From: a virus
Lineage: Duplodnaviria; Caudoviricetes
Length of the DNA: 32,466 nt
Direction: 5' to 3' (one strand)
IMG/VR virus record: IMGVR_UViG_3300012943_000022
Coordinates: 1 to 32,466 of that record
The notes beneath the pieces were generated by a model that saw nothing but the letters and a program-made list of their open reading frames with translations, had not been told where the DNA came from and made no database searches. Every line of letters starts with the position of its first letter. The stretch's first letter is position 1. This document shows, one piece after another, positions 1 through 7,699 of the stretch. A program made the position numbers and the translations under genes.

Positions 1-123
1 CTGAGGACATGATCGACGACCCCCTCATCAAGAGGAGGAAGGAGATCTCCACCAAGCAGAAGGGCCGCCTCCTATCGCTGCTGATGGAGCGCTCCGGCGG
101 GGCCTGCCACTACTGCGACAGGC
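1..123. repeat. Terminal direct repeat, left copy (circular assembly overlap)
   Basis: 1-123 (ctgaggacatgatc...tactgcgacaggc) is identical to 32344-32466. Confidence 0.97.
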
Positions 124-422
124 CGTGCCACAGGCATTCCCTGGTCTCAGGCAAGCCACCGGGACAGATGGCCACCGTGGAGCACCTGAAGACGAGGCAC
201 ATGGGCAGGCGCAGGTACTTCGACGGCGGCGTGGTGCTCTCCTGCCAGGGCTGCAACCTCAGGATGAACAAGTTGGAGATGAGGACGAGGGCCGGGGACA
301 AGAGGGCGAAGTCGATGCTGCAGGAGGCGCGCCTCGTCGCCGAGATCAGGTACCTGATGGATCAGAAGCCGCGCAACTTGACCTCTGGCGCGCCCCTGGC
401 CTTGAACGGCCTCCTGAGATAA
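9..422 (+). CDS. HNH endonuclease
   Basis: CHYC...ATVEHL...VVLSCQGCN zinc/HNH pattern; GAGG RBS upstream; its 3' end overlaps the convergent terminase gene. Confidence 0.85.
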   Translation: MIDDPLIKRRKEISTKQKGRLLSLLMERSGGACHYCDRPCHRHSLVSGKPPGQMATVEHLKTRHMGRRRYFDGGVVLSCQGCNLRMNKLEMRTRAGDKRAKSMLQEARLVAEIRYLMDQKPRNLTSGAPLALNGLLR

Positions 423-1666
423 ACGGCGTAGCCAACCGCGTCCGCCGGGCCCGATATGTCCGTCCCCGCCTCCTCCACCCACGTCTTCTTGTCAGGTGCG
501 CCCGCGAGGTACGTCTGCATTGCGAGGCATCGCGTGGATACGGGGGCTGCCTTCGGGTTCATGAACAGGTGCCTCGTCCCGTCCGCTGCGCGGATCGCCA
601 GGTTCATGGACGCGACGCGCCACTCCACTGGGGGTGCCGAGGTCATTATCTGGTTCCTCCACCCACCCTGCCTGATGAACGGCTGCACCTGCGTGGATGC
701 GGGGTCGCAAGTAAGGATGACCTTGTCCTTGGGGATGATCTGGGATATCTTCGTGAGGAGGGTCAGCACGTCCTTCTCCTTGACGATCTCCCCGACAAGG
801 TACATGCAGCCCTGGCGCTCGAGGAAGAACGCGCAGGACATGCCGCCGAGGTTCAGGTCGAAGCACGCGAGCACTGTCTCGTCCGGGGCCCTGTCCCTGA
901 GCGTGAGCCCGGTCCAGTTGCTGGTCCTGGACTTCCCGTCCTCGTTGGGGGTGAGGTCAAGGTCCGGATAGACGAGGTCGTCCGTGTTCTTGTAGAACTG
1001 CCCCCTGATCCATCCGGCGGCGTGGCTCGACGGGATGAGGGCAACCGCATCCGCCTTGTAGTCGTCCGTCAGGGTGTAGTTGTCCAGCATGGACCAGTGC
1101 CACTTGGCGCACTGAAGGCCGCGCTCGACGCAGATCTCCCACAGACGGGACAGGTTCCCGTTCATCACGGGGGCGCCGGTGATGTTGATCTGCCCCCTGT
1201 TCCCTGGGAAGGGCCTGCGCAGTCGGCCCGCCACCGCCTCGTTGAAGAACTGCTCGCACTTGTCCCACGGGGCCTCATCGACCTCCTCCATGAAGATCCT
1301 GGAAGCGTTGATGCCCACGGTGCGGTGAGGCCTCTCTATGGGCCTGTTGAGCCAGATCCTGCATGTGCCGCCCTGGAGGCAGGACACGTCGAGGTAGTTG
1401 GGCGCGCCCAGGTCCAGGCCCTCGACCTTTAGTTTGAGGGTCTCGTTCATCTCGCGCATGAGCGGGAGCACGTTCGAGTAGGTCATGCCTATGGTGGGGC
1501 TGGCGAGTATCTGCGTCGTGCCCGGCTCCACGGCGGCGGTGGCGAGGGACTTCAGGGCCGACATCGTGCCCGTCTTGCCAGACCCCTTGCCACCTGCGAC
1601 CATCACCACCTTCGTGTCCCAGTCGTAGAACGCCTCGTCCTGGTACGGCATCGTGGATAGTTTCAT
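362..1666 (-). CDS. terL: Terminase large subunit
   Basis: Walker A GGKGSGKT, Walker B-like IFMEEVDE, C-terminal nuclease acidic motifs (CFDLN, CDPAS, PADAVGY). Start reassigned to ATG 1666 (MKLSTMPYQ), which overlaps the upstream TGA. Confidence 0.92.
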   Translation of the reverse strand: MKLSTMPYQDEAFYDWDTKVVMVAGGKGSGKTGTMSALKSLATAAVEPGTTQILASPTIGMTYSNVLPLMREMNETLKLKVEGLDLGAPNYLDVSCLQGGTCRIWLNRPIERPHRTVGINASRIFMEEVDEAPWDKCEQFFNEAVAGRLRRPFPGNRGQINITGAPVMNGNLSRLWEICVERGLQCAKWHWSMLDNYTLTDDYKADAVALIPSSHAAGWIRGQFYKNTDDLVYPDLDLTPNEDGKSRTSNWTGLTLRDRAPDETVLACFDLNLGGMSCAFFLERQGCMYLVGEIVKEKDVLTLLTKISQIIPKDKVILTCDPASTQVQPFIRQGGWRNQIMTSAPPVEWRVASMNLAIRAADGTRHLFMNPKAAPVSTRCLAMQTYLAGAPDKKTWVEEAGTDISGPADAVGYAVYLRRPFKARGAPEVKLRGF

Positions 1667-1989
1667 CAGTACTCCGGGTTCCCGTGCCTCGGGTCCTCGA
1701 GGTACCTCACTGCCTCCCTGAGCCACTGCAACTTGTTCGCGCCCCTGTTCCAGCGCATCGAGTTCTCTATGCGCCCGATGGAGGTGTTGCAGCCCCTGCA
1801 TATCGCGTCCCGCACCGCGCGCTTGTTTGGGGACACCCCGTCCGCGTGGCAGTGGTCGAGCACGGCGGGCATCTTCTCGGTGTATGGCATGTGGCAGAGG
1901 GCGCAGTGGGGCCTCCTGGCTACCAGGCCCTCCTTGAACTTGCGCCTGCCATCAACCGTCAGTTTTCGGGGGTTCTTTCGCTGGTACAT
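1666..1989 (-). CDS. Endonuclease VII-like (T4 gp49 family) junction resolvase
   Basis: CALC...VLDHCH...VRDAICRGCNTSIG motif characteristic of recombination endonuclease VII. Confidence 0.85.
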   Translation of the reverse strand: MYQRKNPRKLTVDGRRKFKEGLVARRPHCALCHMPYTEKMPAVLDHCHADGVSPNKRAVRDAICRGCNTSIGRIENSMRWNRGANKLQWLREAVRYLEDPRHGNPEY

Positions 1990-2428
1990 CTGCTTCCTTG
2001 GGAGGCATGGGCGGGCGGATCCTCTCGAAGACCCTGTCCTGGTCCGAGTACCCGTTGGATACCTCGAGGTGGGTCCTGTCGTGCTGCTCGCAGACGGCCT
2101 TGCCGAGGTGGATCAGCATCTTGCCGTCCCCGGAGAGGGCCAGCATGAGTTGCTTCTTCAGGATCTCGTCCTTGAGCAGCATGCGCCCCTCGGCCAGGAT
2201 CGGGGCGAAGTGGGTCTCGAAGTCCCTGGGCGGGAGCGAGTACCTCGCGGCGAGGTCCTTGGTCTGGTGGCCCATCACGACGAAGTAGATGAGTTCGTCC
2301 GGGTCTATCCTGCCCGACTTGAACAGGCAGTCCCTGATGAGTTTGCGCGCCGCCTTCACGAGCGCGGGTATGCGCTGCGCGAGCACGCTGTATGGGAAGA
2401 ACGAGATGATCTCGTCAGTTAGTTTCAT
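1952..2428 (-). CDS. Putative terminase small subunit
   Basis: Upstream of terL; HTH-like segment, then KKQLMLALSGDGKMLIHLGK resembling the 'ALSGNxxMLIWLGK' motif of phage small-terminase-like proteins; GGAGG RBS. Confidence 0.6.
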   Translation of the reverse strand: MKLTDEIISFFPYSVLAQRIPALVKAARKLIRDCLFKSGRIDPDELIYFVVMGHQTKDLAARYSLPPRDFETHFAPILAEGRMLLKDEILKKQLMLALSGDGKMLIHLGKAVCEQHDRTHLEVSNGYSDQDRVFERIRPPMPPKEADVPAKEPPKTDG

Positions 2429-2465
2429 TGGGACCTCCGGTCTCCACAGATCTCCGATCTACGGA

Positions 2466-2471
2466 TATTTA
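2466..2471 (-). promoter_or_regulatory. TAAATA late-type promoter core for the terminase operon
   Basis: cATAAATAt on the minus strand, 38 nt upstream of ATG 2428. Confidence 0.7.
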
Positions 2472-2514
2472 TGCCCCGAATATGTTAAGTGGCCCCCGAT
2501 CGAGGGATGGCCCC

Positions 2515-2523
2515 TGGTATAAT
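2515..2523 (+). promoter_or_regulatory. Sigma70 extended -10 promoter (TGnTATAAT)
   Basis: TGGTATAAT is a perfect extended -10, about 30 nt upstream of ATG 2555. Confidence 0.7.
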
Positions 2524-2554
2524 TGCACCATTGATTGATGATGTGGAGATTGAA

Positions 2555-3355
2555 ATGTCTGACGCGAGATTGAATGGCCTCCACGGGGGCGGCGATAGCA
2601 ATGTCAGTAAGCAAGCGATGAGCACGGCCCTGAGGATGCGCGAATTGGTGAAGTCGGGGCATTGGTCACCGATACCGCACTTCGACGACAGGATCGTGAA
2701 GACGGGACGCATGACGTACCCAGAGGTATTCGAGATCATCGCGAATGGCACGATATCCAATGCCAAGCCGGTGCATAACCAGTTCAGGATGAAGTTCGTC
2801 CTGGGAAAGAAGGCCGTGATCTGCGCCACTTCGATGATCGGTAGGTCCGACCCGGATCACATATTCAACGGCGGAAGGGTGCTCCTCATCACCTGCTTCA
2901 ACATCGACGATTGGGGGCTCGAGGAGAACCAGAGCATCCAGTATCCGCTCAAGGAAGTCGTGGTGCGCGAGAAGGTGGTGGAGCGCGTAGTGGCGAGGCC
3001 CATCGAGGACATGACCGAGGAGGAACTCGAGGACGAACTCAGGCGCCGTCGCGAGACGAGGGAGGCCGAGAGGATGGATGCCCTGAGGCGCAGCCGTGAG
3101 GCGATATCCCTCGAGGTCCAGGACCTGGAGGCGCGGCTCTCGGATGCGAAGGCGCGCCTCAGGGCAGTGGCCCAGGAACTCGGGGGGGGGGGGGGTAGTG
3201 AGACACCTGAGAGCAGTTCCGGCAAGTTGTCCGCGCTGACGCGCGAGGAGTTCGTATCAAGCACGATCGCCGGCCTGGCCGAGAAGTACGGCGTGTCGAG
3301 GCCGGCGATTTACAACCGGGCCCGCCGAGCCGGCTGGTCCAAGGAGGAGATGTGA
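2555..3355 (+). CDS. Coiled-coil protein with C-terminal helix-turn-helix (putative regulator)
   Basis: GGAG RBS before ATG 2555; charged coiled coil; C-terminal TIAGLAEKYGVSRPAIYNRARRAGW HTH; G14 tract in the linker. Confidence 0.7.
   Translation: MSDARLNGLHGGGDSNVSKQAMSTALRMRELVKSGHWSPIPHFDDRIVKTGRMTYPEVFEIIANGTISNAKPVHNQFRMKFVLGKKAVICATSMIGRSDPDHIFNGGRVLLITCFNIDDWGLEENQSIQYPLKEVVVREKVVERVVARPIEDMTEEELEDELRRRRETREAERMDALRRSREAISLEVQDLEARLSDAKARLRAVAQELGGGGGSETPESSSGKLSALTREEFVSSTIAGLAEKYGVSRPAIYNRARRAGWSKEEM
3182..3195 (+). repeat. G14 homopolymer inside CDS
   Basis: c-gggggggggggggg-t, encoding GGGGG. Confidence 0.9.
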
Positions 3356-3651
3356 GCAAGATCAGGATCACGATACTGCGCCGGGACGGCGACGCCATCT
3401 ACGATGCGGTGCATGCCCAGTACCTGGGCCAGGGCCGCGTCTTCAACACCCTCGAGAACGCGAGGAAGGACGGGGACGAACTCTCGAGGAACCCGATGGA
3501 CGACATCTTCAACTTCGAGGTCCAGGCCGACGAATTGCTGGAGTTGGCAGACCTGTTCCGCGCCCAGGGGTTCCCGTTCCAGGTCTCGATAGACCGGGAG
3601 TTGGTCTATGCGTACAGGGCCAACCTGTTCGGCGAGTGGAGCAGGAAATGA
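3352..3651 (+). CDS. Hypothetical protein
   Basis: GTGA overlap with the upstream gene; GGAGG RBS. Confidence 0.75.
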   Translation: MSKIRITILRRDGDAIYDAVHAQYLGQGRVFNTLENARKDGDELSRNPMDDIFNFEVQADELLELADLFRAQGFPFQVSIDRELVYAYRANLFGEWSRK

Positions 3652-3950
3652 CGAGGGACGAGAAGTACATCTGGGTGATCTCCGCCACGGGCGAGGAGAT
3701 CTGCATGAACGGAGCCAACTGGCTAACCACCGACGAGTTCGATGAACTCTCGGAGGAGCAGCGGGACGGGGTGAATGCCTCGATGAAGAGGGCGACGGAG
3801 TGGGCAGCGACCGAGGCCGCGAGGCAGTTCGTGGATGCCATGACGCAATCCGTCAAGGGCGTCTATGACTCGGGCTTCCGGCTCGGCTTCTCCATGGGCT
3901 GCGGCCTGATGACCGTCGTCGGGTTCATCGTAATGGCGATCGTCCGATGA
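3648..3950 (+). CDS. Hypothetical protein with C-terminal transmembrane helix
   Basis: ATGA overlap at 3648; hydrophobic C-terminus GLMTVVGFIVMAIVR. Confidence 0.7.
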   Translation: MTRDEKYIWVISATGEEICMNGANWLTTDEFDELSEEQRDGVNASMKRATEWAATEAARQFVDAMTQSVKGVYDSGFRLGFSMGCGLMTVVGFIVMAIVR

Positions 3951-4468
3951 GGAACGACTTCGTGGTCTATGCAGTGGCTGTCGATCCAGGCCGAGGGCCC
4001 CGGGATGAGGTCAGGTCCTACTTCGAGGTGGCCCTGTGCAACCCGAAGTACGACAAGAACGTCGGGACGGCAATCAGGGGATGCCACGCGTTCGGGGCAT
4101 CCTCCATACACATAGTTGGAGAGCGGTACAGGAGGCAGATGACGGACGTGTCCAACGGCACGAAGTGGATCGGCACCCAGCACTGGGCCGAGGGGGACAC
4201 GACGAAGGTCCTCGTCGCCGCGGAGTTGGCAGGCCTCGAGACCGTCGCCGTGGAGGTCGTGCCGTTCGTCGAGTGGCTCCCGGCCTTCGAGCACCCGACC
4301 AGGGCCCTCTACCTGTTCGGACCCGAGGACGGGTCCATACCCGAGGACGCGCTCGACATGTGCCGCAGGAAGGTCATGATACCCCAACTGTACGCCAAGG
4401 TGTGCCTGAACCTGGCTTCTGCCGTGAATGTCGTGCTGTACGACCGGATGTCGAAGGGGATGCGATGA
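3947..4468 (+). CDS. SpoU/TrmH-family (SPOUT) RNA 2'-O-methyltransferase
   Basis: NPKYDKNVGTAIRGCHAFG, YLFGPEDGSI and CLNLASAVNVVLYDR match the three SpoU motifs. Confidence 0.88.
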   Translation: MRNDFVVYAVAVDPGRGPRDEVRSYFEVALCNPKYDKNVGTAIRGCHAFGASSIHIVGERYRRQMTDVSNGTKWIGTQHWAEGDTTKVLVAAELAGLETVAVEVVPFVEWLPAFEHPTRALYLFGPEDGSIPEDALDMCRRKVMIPQLYAKVCLNLASAVNVVLYDRMSKGMR

Positions 4469-4686
4469 GCGTGTCCATGCCACCGAACTACGTGGAGATA
4501 CTTCTCGGCGCCTGCCCACACGTTTTCCGCGAGGGGATCTACATGTCCTGCGACACGGACAGGGAGGCCTCCGACTACCAGGACTTCTGCAGGTCCGTGC
4601 GCCTCACCGCGACACGGATATCCGCGCGTCGGGCCGGGGCTCCGGAGGGATACGAGAGGAAGATCTGGCTGTGGGTCCGCCGCTGA
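4465..4686 (+). CDS. Hypothetical protein
   Basis: ATGA overlap at 4465 (MSVSMPPNY...). Confidence 0.6.
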   Translation: MSVSMPPNYVEILLGACPHVFREGIYMSCDTDREASDYQDFCRSVRLTATRISARRAGAPEGYERKIWLWVRR

Positions 4687-4859
4687 CCTGCTCCTCATGC
4701 GGCGAGGACGCGGAATTGACCTATAGATCCAGGCACACTGGCGGGGAGTACTGCGACAGGTGCGGGTGGTTCATACACGACAACCTGACGACGGAGAAGG
4801 CCAAGAAGTTGGGCCTCCAGGGGCTGGAGAGGATCTATCCCTCGACCACCCGAGGTTGA
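4671..4859 (+). CDS. Small zinc-ribbon protein
   Basis: CSSC...YCDRC; in-frame GTG at 4671 after GAGAGGAAG; start uncertain. Confidence 0.55.
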   Translation: MGPPLTCSSCGEDAELTYRSRHTGGEYCDRCGWFIHDNLTTEKAKKLGLQGLERIYPSTTRG

Positions 4860-5113
4860 TGCGCCTGTGAGGACACGTCCGCAGCATCCACGATGACGGC
4901 GGGGGCCCTGCGGATCCTGGTTGTCCCGAGGAACGAGGTCCTGGTGCTCACCACGACGCCCCTGCGCTGCTTGACGATGTTGCTGGGCCAGCGCAGGCCC
5001 AGGCGGCGCAGTTGCCTCCTGAAGGTCTTTGTGCTGATCCCCAACTCGCCGCAGTAGTCCAACTGCGAGGTCCTCAGGGCCATCGCGTCCAACTGGGACT
5101 GTGTGTATGTCAT
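4835..5113 (-). CDS. Small basic HTH protein
   Basis: ATGA-coupled to the o-spanin; CGELGISTKTFRRQLRRLGLRWP HTH-like segment. Confidence 0.6.
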   Translation of the reverse strand: MTYTQSQLDAMALRTSQLDYCGELGISTKTFRRQLRRLGLRWPSNIVKQRRGVVVSTRTSFLGTTRIRRAPAVIVDAADVSSQAHQPRVVEG

Positions 5114-5352
5114 CGGCACGCGTCCAGGGACTGCCTCAGGGTCTCCTCGTAGGCGAGTGCGAGGATGCGGTCCGCGTACAGGGCCTTGGTGAGGTCGAAC
5201 GCGTCCGTGTATGGCGGTGAGAAGGCGTAGTTAGGCCTGTCGGGCTGCTCGACGGAGCACGGGACGCGGTACGGCACCTTTACCTCGACGGTCCTGGTGA
5301 ATGCTGAGCAGCCGCACAGCGCGAGCAGCGGGATGGCCCAGAGGATCCTCAT
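5110..5352 (-). CDS. o-spanin (Rz1-like lipoprotein)
   Basis: Signal peptide with lipobox MRILWAIPLLALCGC; Pro-rich VEVKVPYRVPC; directly follows the i-spanin. Confidence 0.8.
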   Translation of the reverse strand: MRILWAIPLLALCGCSAFTRTVEVKVPYRVPCSVEQPDRPNYAFSPPYTDAFDLTKALYADRILALAYEETLRQSLDACR

Positions 5353-5669
5353 CGGTTGAACTCCTTGAGTATCGTGTCGCACGAACCCTTCAACTTCATT
5401 ATCTCGGCGTGCGACCTCTCCGCCTCCGACTGCGCTGCTGCGGCCTGGGCCACCTTCTTGGCGGATGCCTTCTCGGATGCCGCCTGGTCCCTCTTGAGTT
5501 TGTCGATCGCCTCGTTCTGCGTCTTCACGCTCGCCTCGAGGTTCAACTTGCTGGCCTGGCACAACTTCAGCGATGAGCGTAGGTGGCCGATGTAGGCGAT
5601 GTTTGCCCCGATGAGGAGCAGGAACACGAGGGCCGCGATGATCTTCGCCTGGATGCCAGTGATCGTCAT
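5349..5669 (-). CDS. i-spanin (Rz-like)
   Basis: N-terminal TM (IIAALVFLLLIGANIAYI), then coiled coil QNEAIDKLK...; lies in the lysis cassette. Confidence 0.78.
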   Translation of the reverse strand: MTITGIQAKIIAALVFLLLIGANIAYIGHLRSSLKLCQASKLNLEASVKTQNEAIDKLKRDQAASEKASAKKVAQAAAAQSEAERSHAEIMKLKGSCDTILKEFNR

Positions 5670-6007
5670 ACCCCACCCCGGATGCCGTGGATGGCACAGT
5701 CGGGATTTACCTCGGTCTCGCATGAGCATTCCGGCTCGTCGGGGACCTCAGTGGCAATCGTCTCCTGGTTCTTGTGCGTCTCGCTGCGCGAGCGGCTGAA
5801 CCAGAAGGCCACGATCGTGACCACGGATCCGGTGAGGACGGCGAGGAGCATCTTGACGATCTCGAGCGCCTCCTTGGGATCCATCTTCTCGGAGGGCGGC
5901 ATGAACGAGTGCAGCGTCCAGAAGAACGCGCCGATGAATAGGACCGAGAGCAGTATCTGTGCGAAGCCGAGGAAGAACCCGGTGGTGAGGTGGAACTTCT
6001 TGCTCAC
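5666..6007 (-). CDS. Putative holin (two TM helices)
   Basis: Two hydrophobic segments and VAFWFSRS ending; sits between endolysin and spanins. Confidence 0.65.
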   Translation of the reverse strand: MSKKFHLTTGFFLGFAQILLSVLFIGAFFWTLHSFMPPSEKMDPKEALEIVKMLLAVLTGSVVTIVAFWFSRSRSETHKNQETIATEVPDEPECSCETEVNPDCAIHGIRGGV

Positions 6008-6288
6008 TTGCGGTCCTCGTAGAGTTTGTCGTAGAGGCGCGTCAGTTGCGCGTCCATCCTGTCGGAGAAGGAGCCGATGCTCTTCTCGATCTTGTTGAAC
6101 GACTGCTGGTCCGTCTCCTCGTGCCTCAGCAGGCGGGAACTGAGTTCCGAGACCCTGTCGTTGAGCCCGTCCAACTTCGCGTCCGTGAGTTCCTTGCTGG
6201 ACTTCACGGTCTCCTTCCAGAGGTAGCCGATCACGACGAGGACCACGTTGGTGCAGATGCTGATGATGCCCACTGTGTTCGCGTCCAT
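6004..6288 (-). CDS. Single-TM coiled-coil lysis-cassette protein (holin/antiholin-like)
   Basis: ATG 6288 overlaps the endolysin stop; N-terminal TM followed by coiled coil. Confidence 0.6.
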   Translation of the reverse strand: MDANTVGIISICTNVVLVVIGYLWKETVKSSKELTDAKLDGLNDRVSELSSRLLRHEETDQQSFNKIEKSIGSFSDRMDAQLTRLYDKLYEDRK

Positions 6289-6746
6289 CACGCCACCTCG
6301 GTGTAGCCGACGCGGCCCTGGGGGTTGATGGTGCGCGCCAGGAGGAACTGCCTGCGCGGCTGCTTCCCGTCGTCCGCGAGGCCGATATGGACCCACCTGC
6401 CGAACTCGTCTATGACCTGGTCGAACCTCGGGAGCGCGTCCCGGTTCTCGCGGATCCAGGCGAACAGTTCCGTCGTGGTCATACCCACGACCCTGAGGTC
6501 CGCTGCGAGGGCCTTCATGTGGGCCGATGTCTTAGAGCCCCCGACCTTCTCGTTAGTGGCGAGGGACCTGTACCCGCTGGACAGGACCACCGGCTTCCCG
6601 ACGAGATCCCTGAAGTGCTGGAGTGCCTCGGCGAGCCGGGCCAGGTTGGGGTAGAGTTCCCTCGGGATCGTGTTGTCGTACGCGTACCGCGCGGCGGTCT
6701 CCGAGTACTCGAACTCCGCGAGGGAGAAGTTCTTGGTTAGTTGCAT
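6288..6746 (-). CDS. Endolysin, peptidase M15A family
   Basis: LTKNFSLAEF...SSGYRS...VGGSKTSAHMKALAAD...FDQVIDE..WVHIG, with the Zn-binding H/D/H pattern. Confidence 0.9.
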   Translation of the reverse strand: MQLTKNFSLAEFEYSETAARYAYDNTIPRELYPNLARLAEALQHFRDLVGKPVVLSSGYRSLATNEKVGGSKTSAHMKALAADLRVVGMTTTELFAWIRENRDALPRFDQVIDEFGRWVHIGLADDGKQPRRQFLLARTINPQGRVGYTEVA

Positions 6747-6767
6747 GCCGATCTCCGGATGTGAAAG

Positions 6768-6793
6768 AGGGACGCGATCTGCACCGCGTCCCT
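6768..6793 (-). terminator. Probable intrinsic terminator after the 6825-7265 gene
   Basis: AGGGACGCG / CGCGTCCCT 9-bp inverted repeat followed by CTTTC on the minus strand. Confidence 0.6.
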
Positions 6794-6795
6794 AC

Positions 6796-6801
6796 TATTT
6801 A
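6796..6801 (-). promoter_or_regulatory. TAAATA promoter core for the lysis cassette
   Basis: gGTAAATAg, 50 nt upstream of the endolysin ATG. Confidence 0.65.
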
Positions 6802-6824
6802 CCGACTTGCGTCGAACTTTCGAC

Positions 6825-7265
6825 TTAGACGGCGGTGAAGATGCCAGCGGCGTTCCACTGGATCGTCAGGTCGCCCGTCGTGTTCGTGCGGTTCGTGTCC
6901 AGGTCGAGCAGGAAGACCAGCGGGCTGGTGCTCGCGGTACCCGTGCTCTTATAGACCACGGCGTAGCGGGCTCCGGTGAAGCCGGCTCCGTTCTGGGTCC
7001 ATGTGACGTCGTTGCCATCCACGGTGGCCGTGCCCGCGCTCTCCGTGACCGCGATGGATCCGATGGTCGCGCCGCCAGCCGTGTAGCCGGTGCCGGAGAC
7101 CTCGTCCGCGCTGACGTCGTCGAAGAAGTCGTGCGTCGAGACGGACGGGGTGTGGGACGAGGAGAGCAGGGCCACCTTGATGGTGTCCGTGTCCCAGTCG
7201 ATCGATCCCGCGCCGTTGAGCGAGTTCTTGACCCACTTCTGATACTTGTTGATTGAAACTGCCAT
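6825..7265 (-). CDS. Virion structural protein (possible filament/fibre subunit)
   Basis: IDWDTDTIKVALL...EVSGTGYTAGG motif familiar from phage structural proteins; strong AGGAG RBS. Confidence 0.65.
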   Translation of the reverse strand: MAVSINKYQKWVKNSLNGAGSIDWDTDTIKVALLSSSHTPSVSTHDFFDDVSADEVSGTGYTAGGATIGSIAVTESAGTATVDGNDVTWTQNGAGFTGARYAVVYKSTGTASTSPLVFLLDLDTNRTNTTGDLTIQWNAAGIFTAV

Positions 7266-7294
7266 TTTCTTAACTCCTGCCTTGCGTAGTTGGA

Positions 7295-7675
7295 TTACTC
7301 GAGCGTGGTGACATTCTTGTTGAGGGTGAATGTCCCCTGAAGGACCCTATAGACCGTGTCCGGATCCGCCGTCTTGTAGATCTCCAGGTCGTGGATGAAG
7401 TCGGCGAACTCGTCGCGTATGTTGGTATTTATCGTGTTCGCGGGGAGCAGGGCTATAGATACGCGACCTACCACCCCGTCCATGTGGAGCGGTAGCAGCC
7501 CGTTCTCGGTGCTCAGGGTCATGATGATGTCTGGCTTCCGGTAGGACTTGCGCACCTGCATGCGAGCGGCGTATCCGCCTCCAACCAGGTCCAGCGGCTC
7601 TCCGCCGCGGGTGATGAGGATGTGCTCCAGGTACGTCGCGCCCTGATCAACGGTTATGTCGTGTCTAAGTGCCAT
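7295..7675 (-). CDS. Ig-like beta-sandwich virion protein (LtfC/p132-like fibre-attachment type)
   Basis: ITVDQGATY...PLDL.GY.ARMQVRKSY...RVLQGTF pattern. Confidence 0.55.
   Translation of the reverse strand: MALRHDITVDQGATYLEHILITRGGEPLDLVGGGYAARMQVRKSYRKPDIIMTLSTENGLLPLHMDGVVGRVSIALLPANTINTNIRDEFADFIHDLEIYKTADPDTVYRVLQGTFTLNKNVTTLE
7426..7431 (-). promoter_or_regulatory. TAAATA promoter core (intragenic) upstream of 6825-7265
   Basis: gATAAATAc. Confidence 0.55.
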
Positions 7676-7693
7676 TTGATGATCTCCTATGCG

Positions 7694-7699
7694 TATTTA
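7694..7699 (-). promoter_or_regulatory. TAAATA promoter core overlapping the TAA stop of 7697-9661
   Basis: tGTAAATAc, 19 nt upstream of ATG 7675. Confidence 0.55.

Noticed and set aside
1270-1300. Glu instead of Asp in the TerL Walker B (IFMEEVDE) as a sign of inactivation
   Set aside because: EE-type Walker B motifs occur in functional terminases, and the other motifs look intact.
125-1432. Long alternative-frame ORFs (125-1432 +, 13601-15358 -, 16354-17466 +, 19203-20927 +, 22368-23213 + and similar)
   Set aside because: Shadow ORFs caused by high GC3 opposite or overlapping well-supported genes; no motifs and no RBS coupling.
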